Of a stretch of 60,584 nt of DNA, positions 34,026-44,109 are shown piece by piece (the stretch's first letter is position 1; each line of letters starts with the position of its first letter). The notes beneath the pieces are model-generated. The model had not been told where the DNA came from. It ran no database searches and saw only the letters and a list, made by a program, of their open reading frames with translations. Location: positions 1-60,584 of the forward strand of contig JBDRUN010000004.1 in NCBI GenBank assembly GCA_039801365.1, read 5' to 3'. The stretch comes from a candidate division WOR-3 bacterium. Lineage in GTDB: Bacteria; Hydrothermota; Tepidihabitantia; Tepidihabitantales; Tepidihabitantaceae. A program made the position numbers and the translations under genes.

Positions 34026-36253
34026 TCGGTTCCCATCCTCCTTCGTTCACGATGCACAAAGCCACCAGTTCTGACCGCGAGGAGCAGCACGCATGCGGCA
34101 AGCGATAGGATGCTAACCGCAAGCAGTATCGAACGCAGCCGTCCCAGGGGTGCGGTCACCACCAATCGGTGTCTTCCCTCAGGACAGCGCAGCCAGATGA
34201 AATGGTCTTTGGTCTCATAGAAGTCCACTTTCCGGCCGTCGAATCTGATTGACAACTCCGGGTAATAACTCAAGGCGAGTCTGAGGAAGCATTCAGACCG
34301 ATTCTCTAGCTCGATTTCCACCGAGCTGTTGCTGATGCTGGTGTTGAGTACGTGGCAGTCCGGCTTCGGCCCGAGCGATTCGGCTTCATACCGCGCTGCT
34401 GCCGGAATGAAGCCCATTCGCCGCAACGACGTATCAATCAGCACGCTGTCTAGAAAAACCTGCCAGTCTTCGGCAATGCAGAAACTTCTTGCCTGGGCAA
34501 GTTGTTCGGCTGACATTGGCCTTACCACATTACTCGCCATGACCAGCCCGGCCCGGGTCGGACCGAACACGACCGGAGGTTCCTGCTGTGCGACAAGGAA
34601 CCGGTCGTCCCAGGCGATGCCTTGCTTGGTTGCTAGGTAGATAAACTCTCCTGCGCTATCAGTGCTCATCAGTGCCGGCAGAGTAATCAGATGGCTCACG
34701 CCCATCAGCGCCAGTGCCTTGAATGTTCCCTCGGTCAGAGCCGCCCGCGTTGTATCGCCCAAGTCCGCAGCCACGTAGTTCGTCCAGGGATAGACGTACA
34801 GCATCGAGCGCGGCGCGAACTGGTGGTACGGCGGCCCGAGCGGACTGGCCAATCTGCCAAACAGATAGCCGGTCGCCGGATAGCGCAGCGTGCGCCGGAC
34901 ATCGTCAATGCGGTCCTCAGGTATGTTCACGTCAAGAACCTTGACCGTCGGCTGGCTTCGGAGTACGTCGTAGACATACTGTCTCGTACCGAGGAAGGTC
35001 CTGATACGCGCGTGCCGGACATTCAGCAGCGTCGGCACGCAGTCGGCAACAAGTGCCACGACAATGACCACTAGGCTGACGAACCGAACATGGTCTGTCT
35101 TTACCCGGCTTTCAAAACAGCCAAAGCCCAGGGCCACGAGAACTGCGGCGAAGAACATCCAGTACACGAGGAATCTTACTGGCGGCAATCCCGCGGTCAG
35201 CACTTGGCCGATCCGGCCGAGCCGGGGCACGACGAAGGTGAACCCGAGCGCAAGCGCCAGCCCGGCAACCGGGAAACCGGCTTCGCGCCGAATCGGCCGG
35301 TTGACCAAGAGCAGCACTACCGATGCCACGACCAGCAACACGACACTGATTCCGATGTATGCACCGTCGTATCCGCCAGGCTTGACCCCGGGCCAGAGCA
35401 GGGCTGCGAGTCTCGGCATTCCAACCGGTACGAACGACTGTGGGTATGCATGCGTGCCATACTCCAGCACCAATGGCACCAGGATGAAAGAACTTAGGCC
35501 GATACCGCAGGCGGCTGCGGCTCCAGCGCCAGCCAGAACTCGCCCGGCCTGACGGCCGCGGTATGCTACAAGCCACCAGACCAACGCCAGTACGAGAAAG
35601 CTCCAGATGAATACACCGTAAACAATATGCGCGAGCATTGCCAGCCCGAGGCACAGACCGAGGAGACCAGCGTCGGCAAGCCCGGCCCGCTCAACCAGTC
35701 GGTCCAACGCCAGGAAACACAAAGGCAAGAGTACGAATACAAGCGCCAGCGGGTAGTTCCCGGCTATTGAAACGAAGAACACGCGCCACGGAACAAGTAC
35801 ATAGACCAGAGTCCCGAGTGCGGCCGCGGCTTTCCGGCCGGTTTTTCTCCAGAGGTATAAGTACATTACCGCGGCCGAGCCTAGGTACAATCCGAACAGA
35901 AGCACTTTCAGTGCGAGTAACTGACCGCCGCCGGTCACGAACGCCAGTACTCCACCCAGGAATGCAAACAGTGGCCCGTAGAATCGCAGGTGCGGATAAC
36001 CGGAGTAGAACATGAAAGACCAGAACGGCGAAGTGCCTTCCTTCAGCGACTCATAGACGATTCGCTGTCGGACAAGGTGGGGCCAGACATCAACGCTCGT
36101 TGGGTGTCCGGGTGCAATATAGGAGAACCCGGCTAGAGCAACAATCAGCAAGAGCACGGCCGCGGCAACAAGCAGTACCCACTTTGGAATTGCCCCTGCC
36201 GGCTGCTCCTTGCTTCGCACGCCGCAGGCTTCTGACACGCCGGAGTTGTTCAC
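34022..36253 (-). CDS. large polytopic membrane protein (GT-C/YfhO-like fold suspected) with C-terminal soluble domain and terminal TM anchor
   Basis: 743 aa with at least 12 hydrophobic helices in the first ~420 aa and a final TM segment LLAVSILSLAACVLLLAV. The family call is by architecture only. Confidence 0.5.
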   Translation of the reverse strand: MNNSGVSEACGVRSKEQPAGAIPKWVLLVAAAVLLLIVALAGFSYIAPGHPTSVDVWPHLVRQRIVYESLKEGTSPFWSFMFYSGYPHLRFYGPLFAFLGGVLAFVTGGGQLLALKVLLFGLYLGSAAVMYLYLWRKTGRKAAAALGTLVYVLVPWRVFFVSIAGNYPLALVFVLLPLCFLALDRLVERAGLADAGLLGLCLGLAMLAHIVYGVFIWSFLVLALVWWLVAYRGRQAGRVLAGAGAAAACGIGLSSFILVPLVLEYGTHAYPQSFVPVGMPRLAALLWPGVKPGGYDGAYIGISVVLLVVASVVLLLVNRPIRREAGFPVAGLALALGFTFVVPRLGRIGQVLTAGLPPVRFLVYWMFFAAVLVALGFGCFESRVKTDHVRFVSLVVIVVALVADCVPTLLNVRHARIRTFLGTRQYVYDVLRSQPTVKVLDVNIPEDRIDDVRRTLRYPATGYLFGRLASPLGPPYHQFAPRSMLYVYPWTNYVAADLGDTTRAALTEGTFKALALMGVSHLITLPALMSTDSAGEFIYLATKQGIAWDDRFLVAQQEPPVVFGPTRAGLVMASNVVRPMSAEQLAQARSFCIAEDWQVFLDSVLIDTSLRRMGFIPAAARYEAESLGPKPDCHVLNTSISNSSVEIELENRSECFLRLALSYYPELSIRFDGRKVDFYETKDHFIWLRCPEGRHRLVVTAPLGRLRSILLAVSILSLAACVLLLAVRTGGFVHRERRRMGTE

Positions 36254-36322
36254 GATGAGTTTAGTTCTGGCCGTATTGGCCTTTCACTTTGCGCCGACCG
36301 CTGCCCTCTACACCGGGTAGCC

Positions 36323-37039
36323 CTACTCGTCGCGCGAACCGGCACTGTCATTCTGTCTCTTGCCTGCCGGCCTCAGTAGAATCACCGGCGTCATTGCGTC
36401 GCCCTGGCCCGCCGGGTTGTCACGCATCGCCTGCTGCACCAGCTCCGTGTCCAGCCTATCGGAAGCGCCGACCACGGTACAGCCGAATATATCGTTGGCA
36501 TCCACGACCGCGGATTCGCAGCCGGTAATCTCCTTCATCTGCCGGGCCACCGCATCCGGGTCCAGGGGGCCCTTAATGACATACTCGTAGTACTCCTTCA
36601 CACCTGAAGTGTGAGCCGCATCAATCATCGCCGCCTGCTTGCCCGCGACCCGATAGAAGTCACCGGACCGACCGCGCAGTTTGCCCCAGGCCCCGGCCAG
36701 AGCTGCCCGCACGATTCTCGGTGCGCCGACCTCATCAATCGCGCACTGCATTGACCACGGACTGCGCAGCCCGATGCCGTAGGGGACCTTCTTGACGAAC
36801 CGCCACAGAACGCTCGCCCAGAACCCGGGTTTTATTTTTGTCACGGGTATCGCCCGACCCTGCATTATCGCCACCGGGCTTTCGGCAATTGTTACTATGT
36901 CCCCGGGCTGAACAATGGGCACAACGAAGCGACGCATCACTGCTACCAGGTTGTCTTTCTCCGTGAGCAGACCGGTTCTGACCCAGATGCGCCTCACCTG
37001 CTGACTGCCGACCTGCACGACCTCTGGTTTGACACTCAC
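36323..37039 (-). CDS. CofE-like (F420-0:gamma-glutamyl ligase family) protein
   Basis: 238 aa. PGDIVTIAESPVAIMQGRAI resembles the CofE GDI(l/v)vi.sK.vs.aeGR motif. Immediately upstream of the membrane-protein gene. Confidence 0.5.
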   Translation of the reverse strand: MSVKPEVVQVGSQQVRRIWVRTGLLTEKDNLVAVMRRFVVPIVQPGDIVTIAESPVAIMQGRAIPVTKIKPGFWASVLWRFVKKVPYGIGLRSPWSMQCAIDEVGAPRIVRAALAGAWGKLRGRSGDFYRVAGKQAAMIDAAHTSGVKEYYEYVIKGPLDPDAVARQMKEITGCESAVVDANDIFGCTVVGASDRLDTELVQQAMRDNPAGQGDAMTPVILLRPAGKRQNDSAGSRDE

Positions 37040-37165
37040 ACCACGAATCTAGTCCACCGCACGGAAAAATCAAGACCGTGAGAGCAGTACCGACGGTCAG
37101 GGTTACCGAATCCACAGTCAACTTAGCTGCCGCCTTCCTCTAGCGCATTCCTTCTTACTTTCTAC

Positions 37166-37193
37166 TTTGTCCTTTGTTCTTTTGGCCTATACT
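37166..37193 (+). promoter_or_regulatory. putative murJ promoter
   Basis: -10 TATACT (37188-37193) lies 8 nt before the ATG at 37202. Only a weak -35 (TTTGTC, 16-nt spacer). Confidence 0.35.
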
Positions 37194-37201
37194 TGGGTCG
37201 T

Positions 37202-38851
37202 ATGGACGAAACCAAGTCCAGCTCGGCAGCGCGGTTCACCCGCCGGGTTGGACTGTTCACGTTCGGGACCCTAGTCTCCCGACTGCTTGGCGTTGTGCGC
37301 GAGTCGGTATTTGCCTACCTTTTCGGGGCCGGACTCGTAACCGACGCCTTCAACGTAGCGTTTCGTATCCCCAATTTCTTCCGAGACCTGTTTGCCGAGA
37401 GTGCACTATCGGCCGCGTTCGTACCGACTGTCGTCCAGAGTATCAAGGAGGGTAACCGCGCCAAGACTTGGCGTTTTGCCGCGAACATGCTGAACGTGAT
37501 GCTCCTTGCAATTGGGCTCCTTGTCGTGACGGGCATCGTATTCGCGCCGCAGGTCACAAGGCTGGTCGCAATGGGATTCACCAAGGATCCCGCCAAACTT
37601 CACCTGACCGTGGTTCTGACCCGTATCATGTTTCCGTTTCTGCTCTTCGTCGCGCTCGCAGCCTGGGCCATGGGCATCCTGAATGCGTGTGGCACTTTTT
37701 TTGTCCCGGCCGTTGCGCCCGGTGCGTTTAACGTCGTCTCTATTGTCGTACCACTTTTGACCTACGGCTGGCTCCGTTCCCGAGGCGTTGAGCCGATAAC
37801 CGGCATGGCCGCGGGTGTCTCGGTCGGAGCGGTCGCGCAACTGCTTGTCCAATGGCCCCATCTGCACCGTTATGGCTTCCGGTATCGGCCAGTACTTGAC
37901 CTCCGCGACCCAGAGCTGCACCGGGTGCTCCTGCGTTGGGTCCCGATGGTACTCGGACTGGCAACCTGGCAGATAAACTTCCTTGTGAATACCTTTCTTC
38001 TCACATTCCTGAGTGAAGGCTCGATCACCTGGATTAGCTACGCGTATCGGATTCAGCAACTGCCGGCCGGGCTGTTCGGCGCAGCCATCGGCTCGGTTGC
38101 GCTGGCCGAGTATTCGCACCAGACCGCGGGTGGCAAGGCGACAGCAATCCGGGAACGATTCCACCACGCTATGGGCCTAGTCTCAGCCTTGACCCTGCCG
38201 GCGGCCGCGCTGCTCTTTGTCTTGGCCGTGCCCGTGGTCAGGCTTGTTTACCAGCACGGCCGGTTCACTCCCCAGGACACGGCATTCACTGCTCAAGCAC
38301 TGGCGCTATACTGCCTCGGAATATGGCCCGCGGCCGCAACCCGCAACTGCGCGGCCGGTTTCTACTCGCTCGGCGATACCCGAACTCCGGCGCTCATTGC
38401 GGTCGGCGTTGTTGCGCTCAATATAGCGATGAACCTAATGCTTATGCGCGCAATCGGTTTTCGCTCGTTCGCCCTTGCCAGCTCGGTTGCACAGCTTGCG
38501 AACTTCACCCTGCTGTTTTTGCTTCTGAGACGCCGGGCCGAGGGGCTATCTGTCCGGTTTAGCACAGCCTTCAGGATTCTGGTTGCCTCGGTCGGTGCCG
38601 GCATTCTAACCTACGCTCTATCTTGGCTCTACGAGCATCTACTACCAGTAACCAATGTCTGGCTCCGGGCAGGCCAGATTGTTCTTACCGGATGCATAGG
38701 ACTTGCAGCCTTTTTCTTGCTTGCCCGCCTCATTGGTGCAAGAGAAGTAAGTTCCGCTTTTTCATTAACTTTCAGGCGACAGCCAAAATCTACCCCGTTG
38801 CAGATTGACAACGCCGGCTCCTTGAACGATGATAATGCGTCTAATAGATAG
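37202..38851 (+). CDS. murJ: lipid II flippase MurJ
   Basis: GTLVSRLLGVVRESVFAYLFGAGLVTDAFNVAFRIPNFFRDLFAESALSAAFVP is the MurJ/MviN signature N-terminus. About 14 TM segments. Confidence 0.9.
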   Translation: MDETKSSSAARFTRRVGLFTFGTLVSRLLGVVRESVFAYLFGAGLVTDAFNVAFRIPNFFRDLFAESALSAAFVPTVVQSIKEGNRAKTWRFAANMLNVMLLAIGLLVVTGIVFAPQVTRLVAMGFTKDPAKLHLTVVLTRIMFPFLLFVALAAWAMGILNACGTFFVPAVAPGAFNVVSIVVPLLTYGWLRSRGVEPITGMAAGVSVGAVAQLLVQWPHLHRYGFRYRPVLDLRDPELHRVLLRWVPMVLGLATWQINFLVNTFLLTFLSEGSITWISYAYRIQQLPAGLFGAAIGSVALAEYSHQTAGGKATAIRERFHHAMGLVSALTLPAAALLFVLAVPVVRLVYQHGRFTPQDTAFTAQALALYCLGIWPAAATRNCAAGFYSLGDTRTPALIAVGVVALNIAMNLMLMRAIGFRSFALASSVAQLANFTLLFLLLRRRAEGLSVRFSTAFRILVASVGAGILTYALSWLYEHLLPVTNVWLRAGQIVLTGCIGLAAFFLLARLIGAREVSSAFSLTFRRQPKSTPLQIDNAGSLNDDNASNR

Positions 38852-38854
38852 ACT

Positions 38855-39796
38855 ATGGCTGTCAAACAAACAAGTGAGGTGCCCAAGAACATACCCGTGC
38901 TGATGGCCGGCTGGCCGGGCATGGGCAATGTCGGTATCGGTGCGGCCGACTATCTGCGTCGCAAACTAGGCGGGAAAGTTTGCGCCAAGATTGATGTCTC
39001 CCGTTACTGCTTCCCTGAGTCTATTGAGGTGGACTCAGGCATCGGCCGGATCCCTGACCTGCCAGCCCATGACATCTACCTTATATCCGACCCGCCGTTC
39101 TTTGTGTTCGAAGGTGAGGTTCAGGTCGGTGGTGAAGCCGGCTTGTCAATTGCTCAGGAGCTTCTCGACTTCGCGGTCGAGCATGGTGTCAAGACCGTCT
39201 ATACCGGCGCGGCTTTCGCATCACCGGTCAGTGCACTCGACCCGGCCCGGGTATTCGGCGTAGCCACCGACGAGCGGCTCAAACAGACGTTCCCGGCGCT
39301 GGGTGTCGAGCCGCTGGCTGAAGGTCGGATTTCAGGCCTGAACGGCCTGTTACTTGGACTGGCTGGCTCCCGTGGACTTCCGGCCGCGTGTTTTCTTGCC
39401 ACGATGCCCCACTACGCGATTCAAACCCCAAATCCAAAAGCATCAAAAGCGGTTGTTCAGGTGCTCGAACGTATCCTCAACACCTCAGTGGACATGACCG
39501 AGATTGATGCGGCGATTGCCGAGTCGGACCGGGTCCTGGGCGAATTCGAGTCCCGGGTCAATGAGGCGATTCAGGCACTCAAGCAGCAGGCTGAGCGCAG
39601 TGCGTCCGACGAGGAGGAAGAGCACCAGCCCGAGCCGCACGAAGTTATGGACCGTGTTGAACGACTGTTTGAGCAGGTTCAGCGTGACCGCTCCAAGGCC
39701 GGAATCCTCAAGGCCGAGCTTGACCGCTGGGGCCTCTTCCATCTATACGAGGACCGTTTCCTCGACCTGTTCGACAAGAAACGCAGGAAAAGCTAG
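38855..39796 (+). CDS. PAC2-family (proteasome-assembly-chaperone-like) protein
   Basis: PVLMAGWPGMGNVGIGAADYL and the following pattern resemble the PAC2 family. Acidic coiled C-terminus. Confidence 0.5.
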   Translation: MAVKQTSEVPKNIPVLMAGWPGMGNVGIGAADYLRRKLGGKVCAKIDVSRYCFPESIEVDSGIGRIPDLPAHDIYLISDPPFFVFEGEVQVGGEAGLSIAQELLDFAVEHGVKTVYTGAAFASPVSALDPARVFGVATDERLKQTFPALGVEPLAEGRISGLNGLLLGLAGSRGLPAACFLATMPHYAIQTPNPKASKAVVQVLERILNTSVDMTEIDAAIAESDRVLGEFESRVNEAIQALKQQAERSASDEEEEHQPEPHEVMDRVERLFEQVQRDRSKAGILKAELDRWGLFHLYEDRFLDLFDKKRRKS

Positions 39797-40554
39797 TACA
39801 GGCGCAGCCGGCTGAATGCTCGTTGCAGCCGGGCGATTTCGCGGTGATGGGTCATGTCCAAGTGCAGTGGCGTGACTGAGATGTAGCCCGAATACACCGC
39901 CTCGAAATCCGAGCCCCGGGTCTCGGCAAAGGACATCTCGCCGTCAATCATGTACGAAACCCCACCGTCCGGCAACGAACCTTTTATCGCCATGTCCCGG
40001 TAGATCCTGTGCCCAAGCCGAGTTACCTTCACGCCCCTCACCTCACCGGCCGGTATGTTGACGTTGAGCAGGACCTTTTTCGGCAGCACACCGTCCAGCA
40101 GCAGTGGCACCAGCTCGCGCAGGAACCGCTTGGCAGTCTCACGGTTCTGACCGGCCTCAAGGTAGGAAACCGCAACCGCGGGCATCCCGAGCATCGCGCC
40201 CTCGATTGCGGCTGCAACCGTTCCCGAGTAAAGCACGTCATCCCCGAGATTCGGACTGTCGTTGATGCCGGAAAACACGAGGCTGATAGAACGCTTCAGA
40301 ATGCCGTGGTGGGAGATAAGGAGGCAGTCGGTCGGCGTGCCGTGCACCGCGAACCAGCGCGGCCGTAGCCGCCAGACCCTTATCGGCTTACGCAGGCTGA
40401 ACGAATGGCTGGCCGCAGACTGATTGACTGCCGGCGCAACCACATACACCCGGCCCATGCCCTTGAGACCATTGTACAGGTCCTTTAGCCCCTGCGCCTC
40501 GATGCCATCGTCGTTCGAAAGCAGTATCAGGGGACGCTTTGCTCTAACGGTCAC
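39793..40554 (-). CDS. surE: 5'/3'-nucleotidase SurE
   Basis: ILLSNDDGI, VVAP..NQSA.SHS and GTPTDC motifs. 253 aa. Confidence 0.9.
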   Translation of the reverse strand: MTVRAKRPLILLSNDDGIEAQGLKDLYNGLKGMGRVYVVAPAVNQSAASHSFSLRKPIRVWRLRPRWFAVHGTPTDCLLISHHGILKRSISLVFSGINDSPNLGDDVLYSGTVAAAIEGAMLGMPAVAVSYLEAGQNRETAKRFLRELVPLLLDGVLPKKVLLNVNIPAGEVRGVKVTRLGHRIYRDMAIKGSLPDGGVSYMIDGEMSFAETRGSDFEAVYSGYISVTPLHLDMTHHREIARLQRAFSRLRLY

Positions 40555-40591
40555 GCGCTATGTATATCCGCCACTGGCCGGCTGTCAACAG

Positions 40592-42091
40592 CTACGGACA
40601 GACGACCTTCGTGCGCGCCACAAGGCCAGGGTGTTTGACCTCGACAAGATACACGCCGCTCGATAAGCCGCGCATATCAAGCGGCATGCTAAACGCACAC
40701 TCGCCGATGACCAATGGACGGACAAAGACGCACCTGCCCGCCGCATCGTAGATGCGCACCAGACCACTTGACCGCTTGGCCTCCTGGCTGCTGAGTCTGA
40801 GCGTCGCCAAGCCTGAGATAATCGGATTCGGGAATACTGCAAACTGCCAATCTCCAACTGGAGCCTCTCCAGCTTGCTCAAGCCCGGTTGATTCGAGCCG
40901 GCCGCGCAGGTAGTACACATCCTGATTCCCGGACGAGACGTCGTACCAAACCACGTGCAGCATGCTATCCTGACCGGTAATCGCGGGATGGCAGACATTC
41001 GCACTGCGGTCGGTCAGCCTTGTCGGCTGGCTCCAGACACCGCCCTGACTCCGCCAGGCGTGGTACAACTGCGAGGTCTGCGATGTGGCAGTTTGCCCGC
41101 ACCAGACTGCATGGCCTTCGCCATTCGCAAGACAAGAGATGCTTGGATAACCCTGCTGTCTCATCGTCTGGACTGTCAAGACCGTAATGCTGGACCACCC
41201 TGCCGGCGTGCGCAGTCGGTGGTAGATGTTTTGGTAGATGTCATTGCCCGACCGGCCATGCCAGACAACGTGGAATCCGCCGGAGTCATCAGCGCAGGGA
41301 AATGGCGCGTACTGGGTCAGACTGTTGCTGAGCTCGGAGACAAGCTCCACCCCCAACCAGAAACCGTTGACCCGGCGACGACAGAATACCTGATTTATCC
41401 CACCGCCCAGGTCTAGGCCGCACCATGTAACGCACAGGTTGTCGTTCTTGTCCGCGGCAACCGAAACTTGGTCATGCGGGCAGAGAGCGTCGGTAATGAC
41501 CTCGGCTGCGCTCCAACCTGAACCTGGCCGCCATTCCTTGTGAAACACCTGATAGTGCATACTCCCATTCGGAATCCCATACCAGACAACGTGCAACCTC
41601 TCACCGCCGAGCTGATACGATACCGACGGGTAGAATCCAAACCTCTCGCTTCTGCCACTGTCAATCAGAGTGTCAGGATACCAGCGCAACCCGTCGTATC
41701 GCTTGTACCAGATGCCGTAGCACGGATACTGGCCGGTATGCCATACCACACTGACCCTTCCTGACTGGTCGCAAGCGATGCCGGGCTGGTTGCAGTCCAC
41801 CGGCTGGTTGGTGAGCATTGTCTCCGGGAGCCATACCTGCTGTGCCCGGTCAAATCGGCGGTACCACAACTGGTACGGAACCGTACGCTGATCAACCCAG
41901 GTTACATGCACGTTGCCTTGTCCGTCCACGGCGATGCTGTGTTGCCGCGCGTAGCCAGTGTACTGGTAATAGGTGTTTGTCGTCAGCGGCAGTATTGAAT
42001 CCCAGACCGGGTCAGCGCCTGATGTCTCCTGGGCGACTGCGGCAAGCAGAATCAGAGTAACTGGCAGCAACGTGCTTCGGGGTCGTCTCAC
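40592..42091 (-). CDS. secreted seven-blade beta-propeller (sialidase/BNR-like fold) protein with T9SS C-terminal sorting domain
   Basis: GTG 42091 gives signal peptide VRRPRSTLLPVTLILLAAVAQE. Seven blades carry (H/S)V(T/V/A)W...Y(R/K)R...W motifs. C-terminus FPNP...VRIYDAAGRCV...GVYLVEV. Paralogue of 17646..19052. Confidence 0.75.
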   Translation of the reverse strand: MRRPRSTLLPVTLILLAAVAQETSGADPVWDSILPLTTNTYYQYTGYARQHSIAVDGQGNVHVTWVDQRTVPYQLWYRRFDRAQQVWLPETMLTNQPVDCNQPGIACDQSGRVSVVWHTGQYPCYGIWYKRYDGLRWYPDTLIDSGRSERFGFYPSVSYQLGGERLHVVWYGIPNGSMHYQVFHKEWRPGSGWSAAEVITDALCPHDQVSVAADKNDNLCVTWCGLDLGGGINQVFCRRRVNGFWLGVELVSELSNSLTQYAPFPCADDSGGFHVVWHGRSGNDIYQNIYHRLRTPAGWSSITVLTVQTMRQQGYPSISCLANGEGHAVWCGQTATSQTSQLYHAWRSQGGVWSQPTRLTDRSANVCHPAITGQDSMLHVVWYDVSSGNQDVYYLRGRLESTGLEQAGEAPVGDWQFAVFPNPIISGLATLRLSSQEAKRSSGLVRIYDAAGRCVFVRPLVIGECAFSMPLDMRGLSSGVYLVEVKHPGLVARTKVVCP

Positions 42092-42098
42092 AGACGTA

Positions 42099-42127
42099 TA
42101 GCTAACACAGGGCCGCTGCCAAGTCAA
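42099..42127 (-). promoter_or_regulatory. sigma70-like promoter abutting the 40592..42091 gene
   Basis: Minus strand: TTGACT, 17-nt spacer, TAGCTA, then 7 nt to the GTG at 42091. Confidence 0.45.
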
Positions 42128-42132
42128 GAACA

Positions 42133-42155
42133 GGGGGCGGCTTTCCGCCGCCCCC
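42133..42155 (-). terminator. intrinsic terminator after the 42187..44079 gene
   Basis: GGGGGCGGC-ggaaa-GCCGCCCCC (9-bp stem) followed on the minus strand by UGUUCUU. Begins 31 nt after the stop codon. Confidence 0.55.
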
Positions 42156-42186
42156 TGCAAGTCAGTCCGATTTGGACCTGTCGGTC

Positions 42187-44079
42187 CTATCTCTGAACCA
42201 CGAGTTTCTGGGTTGCGGTTGCGCCATCAGCGTCAAACCGGACAAGGTACACGCCTGCCGGAATCTTCCTAAGGTCCAGTGAAGCGACCGAGACGCAGTC
42301 AGCAGCGACGAGCTTGCGCGCAAGCACACAGCGACCTGCTACGTCGAACACGGCAATGCTCACCGGCCCGGGTTTGGGCAGAGTGTATCGCACCGTTGTC
42401 CAACCAGACGCCATCGGGTTCGGGCTTATTGCAAATTGCACGCTACCAAGTGCCAACTTGCCCGCCTGCACCCCGATGTAGGGCGTGCGGCCTGATACGT
42501 AGAAGGCTGGTGGCTCACGGTATCGCCACGTCTCAAGCGTCTTGTTACCCTTGAGTGCAAAGAACGCTGCATACCCGTAATAAACCAGGTCTCCCCCCGA
42601 CTTCACGCGCTTCTTTTTGTTGGTCGTGCCGTTACCTGGTACTGTATCAAGCTGGGTCCAGCTATCGCCCTGAGGAAAGTACTTGAAGAAGCCCTGAGTA
42701 TTACCGCCCTTGAGCGCGTAGATGTTGCCATCGTACCACGCACCCGCGGCGCCGTCCTTGGACTTCTTCTTCTTCCCAGCCCGGCCATTCTCCAGCCCGA
42801 AAACCGGCATACCCTTCTTCGCAGTCTTGTACCAAGAGTCACCTTCGATGTCGTAACGGAACATGTAGTGGTTTGCACCGTCGTTGTACTTGGCCTGATG
42901 TGCGTAGATCGTATTATCGCCGTCGTAAACCAGGAACGAACCCTTGTCGTACTTCTGCTTATTCGCACCGTAAGGCACCTCAGGAAGCGTATCCCACCGG
43001 CCGGCCTGGATGTTGTAGCGGTAGAACTCAGTCTTGTACCCCTTCAGGAGATAGACCCAGCCGGTGTCGTCGCGCTGGACAAACACCATGTCCTCTCCGC
43101 CCTTGACCCGCTTCCGGTACACGCCCTCAGGCACACCTGTCAGCGCTGTCCAAGTGTCTTCCTCGATATCGTACCGCCAGAAACCAAGGGTATTATTACC
43201 CTTGGTCATGTACACTGCTCCGACATTATCAGAGACGCCCCGGCAGCCCTTGGACGGCGGCTTGTTGCGGCCTTCTTCCTCGGACGGAATTGGTTTGAGG
43301 TCATGCCAAGTACCATTTGCGCCGGTCATCGGGTCGTACTTGTAGAAGTCCGGCGTCTTGTACCCTTTTGCCGCATAGACGACAAAGCCATCTTTCTCTT
43401 TGTCCGGCCCAGTTGCTAGCCAACCACCGTCCTTCACGCTCCTGTTTGACGGTGAGTATGGCACGTTCGCAACCTCAACCCAGCCGTAAGGCCAGGGTGG
43501 GCCGTACTGAACGTTGAACGACCCCAGCTTCCAGTCGTTGTCCGGGTCCTGGTCCCCGAAAACGTAGGCCGAGCACTTCACTGCCCAGTCGCCCAAGACT
43601 TCACCGACGTTGTACCCAGTGAACTCAACGGTTCGGGATTCGCCCGGTCCGAGGTCCTCGACCGGCTCGGTCGGGCTGTGCACCCGTGTGTGGGATGGAT
43701 CCTCGAGGAAACAGTAGGCAGTGAAACTGGTCGGTGCGTCACCGTTGTTCCGATAAGTCGCCTTAGGCTTGACCTCGGTATTGGCCGCAACGTAGCCACT
43801 CGGTGCGACAATCTGCACGCACTCGATATCAAGCGCAGGCGGCACGCCGCCCGGCCCGAGTCCGTACCAGAAGCCCCAGTATCCGAGCCGATTAGTTGCC
43901 GACGCGGTACCCTGGATTGACTGGGCCAGAGAACCGTTCATCCGGTGGCTTGTGCCGACTCCGGGCAACCCACCCGAATTGAACGACTGCCAGGGTATCT
44001 TGTAGTCCTGCGCCGAAGCAAGATTGGCAAGCAGGAGCAGCGCCGAAATGGAGACTATACGTCTCGTTCTGTTAGTCAT
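42187..44079 (-). CDS. secreted CARDB-like plus Kelch-like repeat protein with T9SS C-terminal sorting domain
   Basis: Signal peptide IVSISALLLLANLASAQ, an Ig-like segment (DIECVQIVAPSG...ATYRNNGDAPT), repeated (W/F)YxY... blades, and C-terminus SPNP...IAVFDVAGRCV...GVYLVRF...QKLVVQR. Confidence 0.75.
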   Translation of the reverse strand: MTNRTRRIVSISALLLLANLASAQDYKIPWQSFNSGGLPGVGTSHRMNGSLAQSIQGTASATNRLGYWGFWYGLGPGGVPPALDIECVQIVAPSGYVAANTEVKPKATYRNNGDAPTSFTAYCFLEDPSHTRVHSPTEPVEDLGPGESRTVEFTGYNVGEVLGDWAVKCSAYVFGDQDPDNDWKLGSFNVQYGPPWPYGWVEVANVPYSPSNRSVKDGGWLATGPDKEKDGFVVYAAKGYKTPDFYKYDPMTGANGTWHDLKPIPSEEEGRNKPPSKGCRGVSDNVGAVYMTKGNNTLGFWRYDIEEDTWTALTGVPEGVYRKRVKGGEDMVFVQRDDTGWVYLLKGYKTEFYRYNIQAGRWDTLPEVPYGANKQKYDKGSFLVYDGDNTIYAHQAKYNDGANHYMFRYDIEGDSWYKTAKKGMPVFGLENGRAGKKKKSKDGAAGAWYDGNIYALKGGNTQGFFKYFPQGDSWTQLDTVPGNGTTNKKKRVKSGGDLVYYGYAAFFALKGNKTLETWRYREPPAFYVSGRTPYIGVQAGKLALGSVQFAISPNPMASGWTTVRYTLPKPGPVSIAVFDVAGRCVLARKLVAADCVSVASLDLRKIPAGVYLVRFDADGATATQKLVVQR

Positions 44080-44109
44080 TTCGTCCCCCTTTCAGAGTTG
44101 CAGTTCCTC

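Noticed and set aside
33345-34220. 291-aa plus-strand ORF (and similar long antisense ORFs such as 8482..9102, 10537..11097, 11110..11790, 31547..32179, 37406..38167, 45877..46329 and 57867..58787)
   Set aside because: All lie antisense to genes with clear family signatures and have Arg/Pro/Ala/Gly-rich translations typical of the non-coding frames of GC-rich genes.
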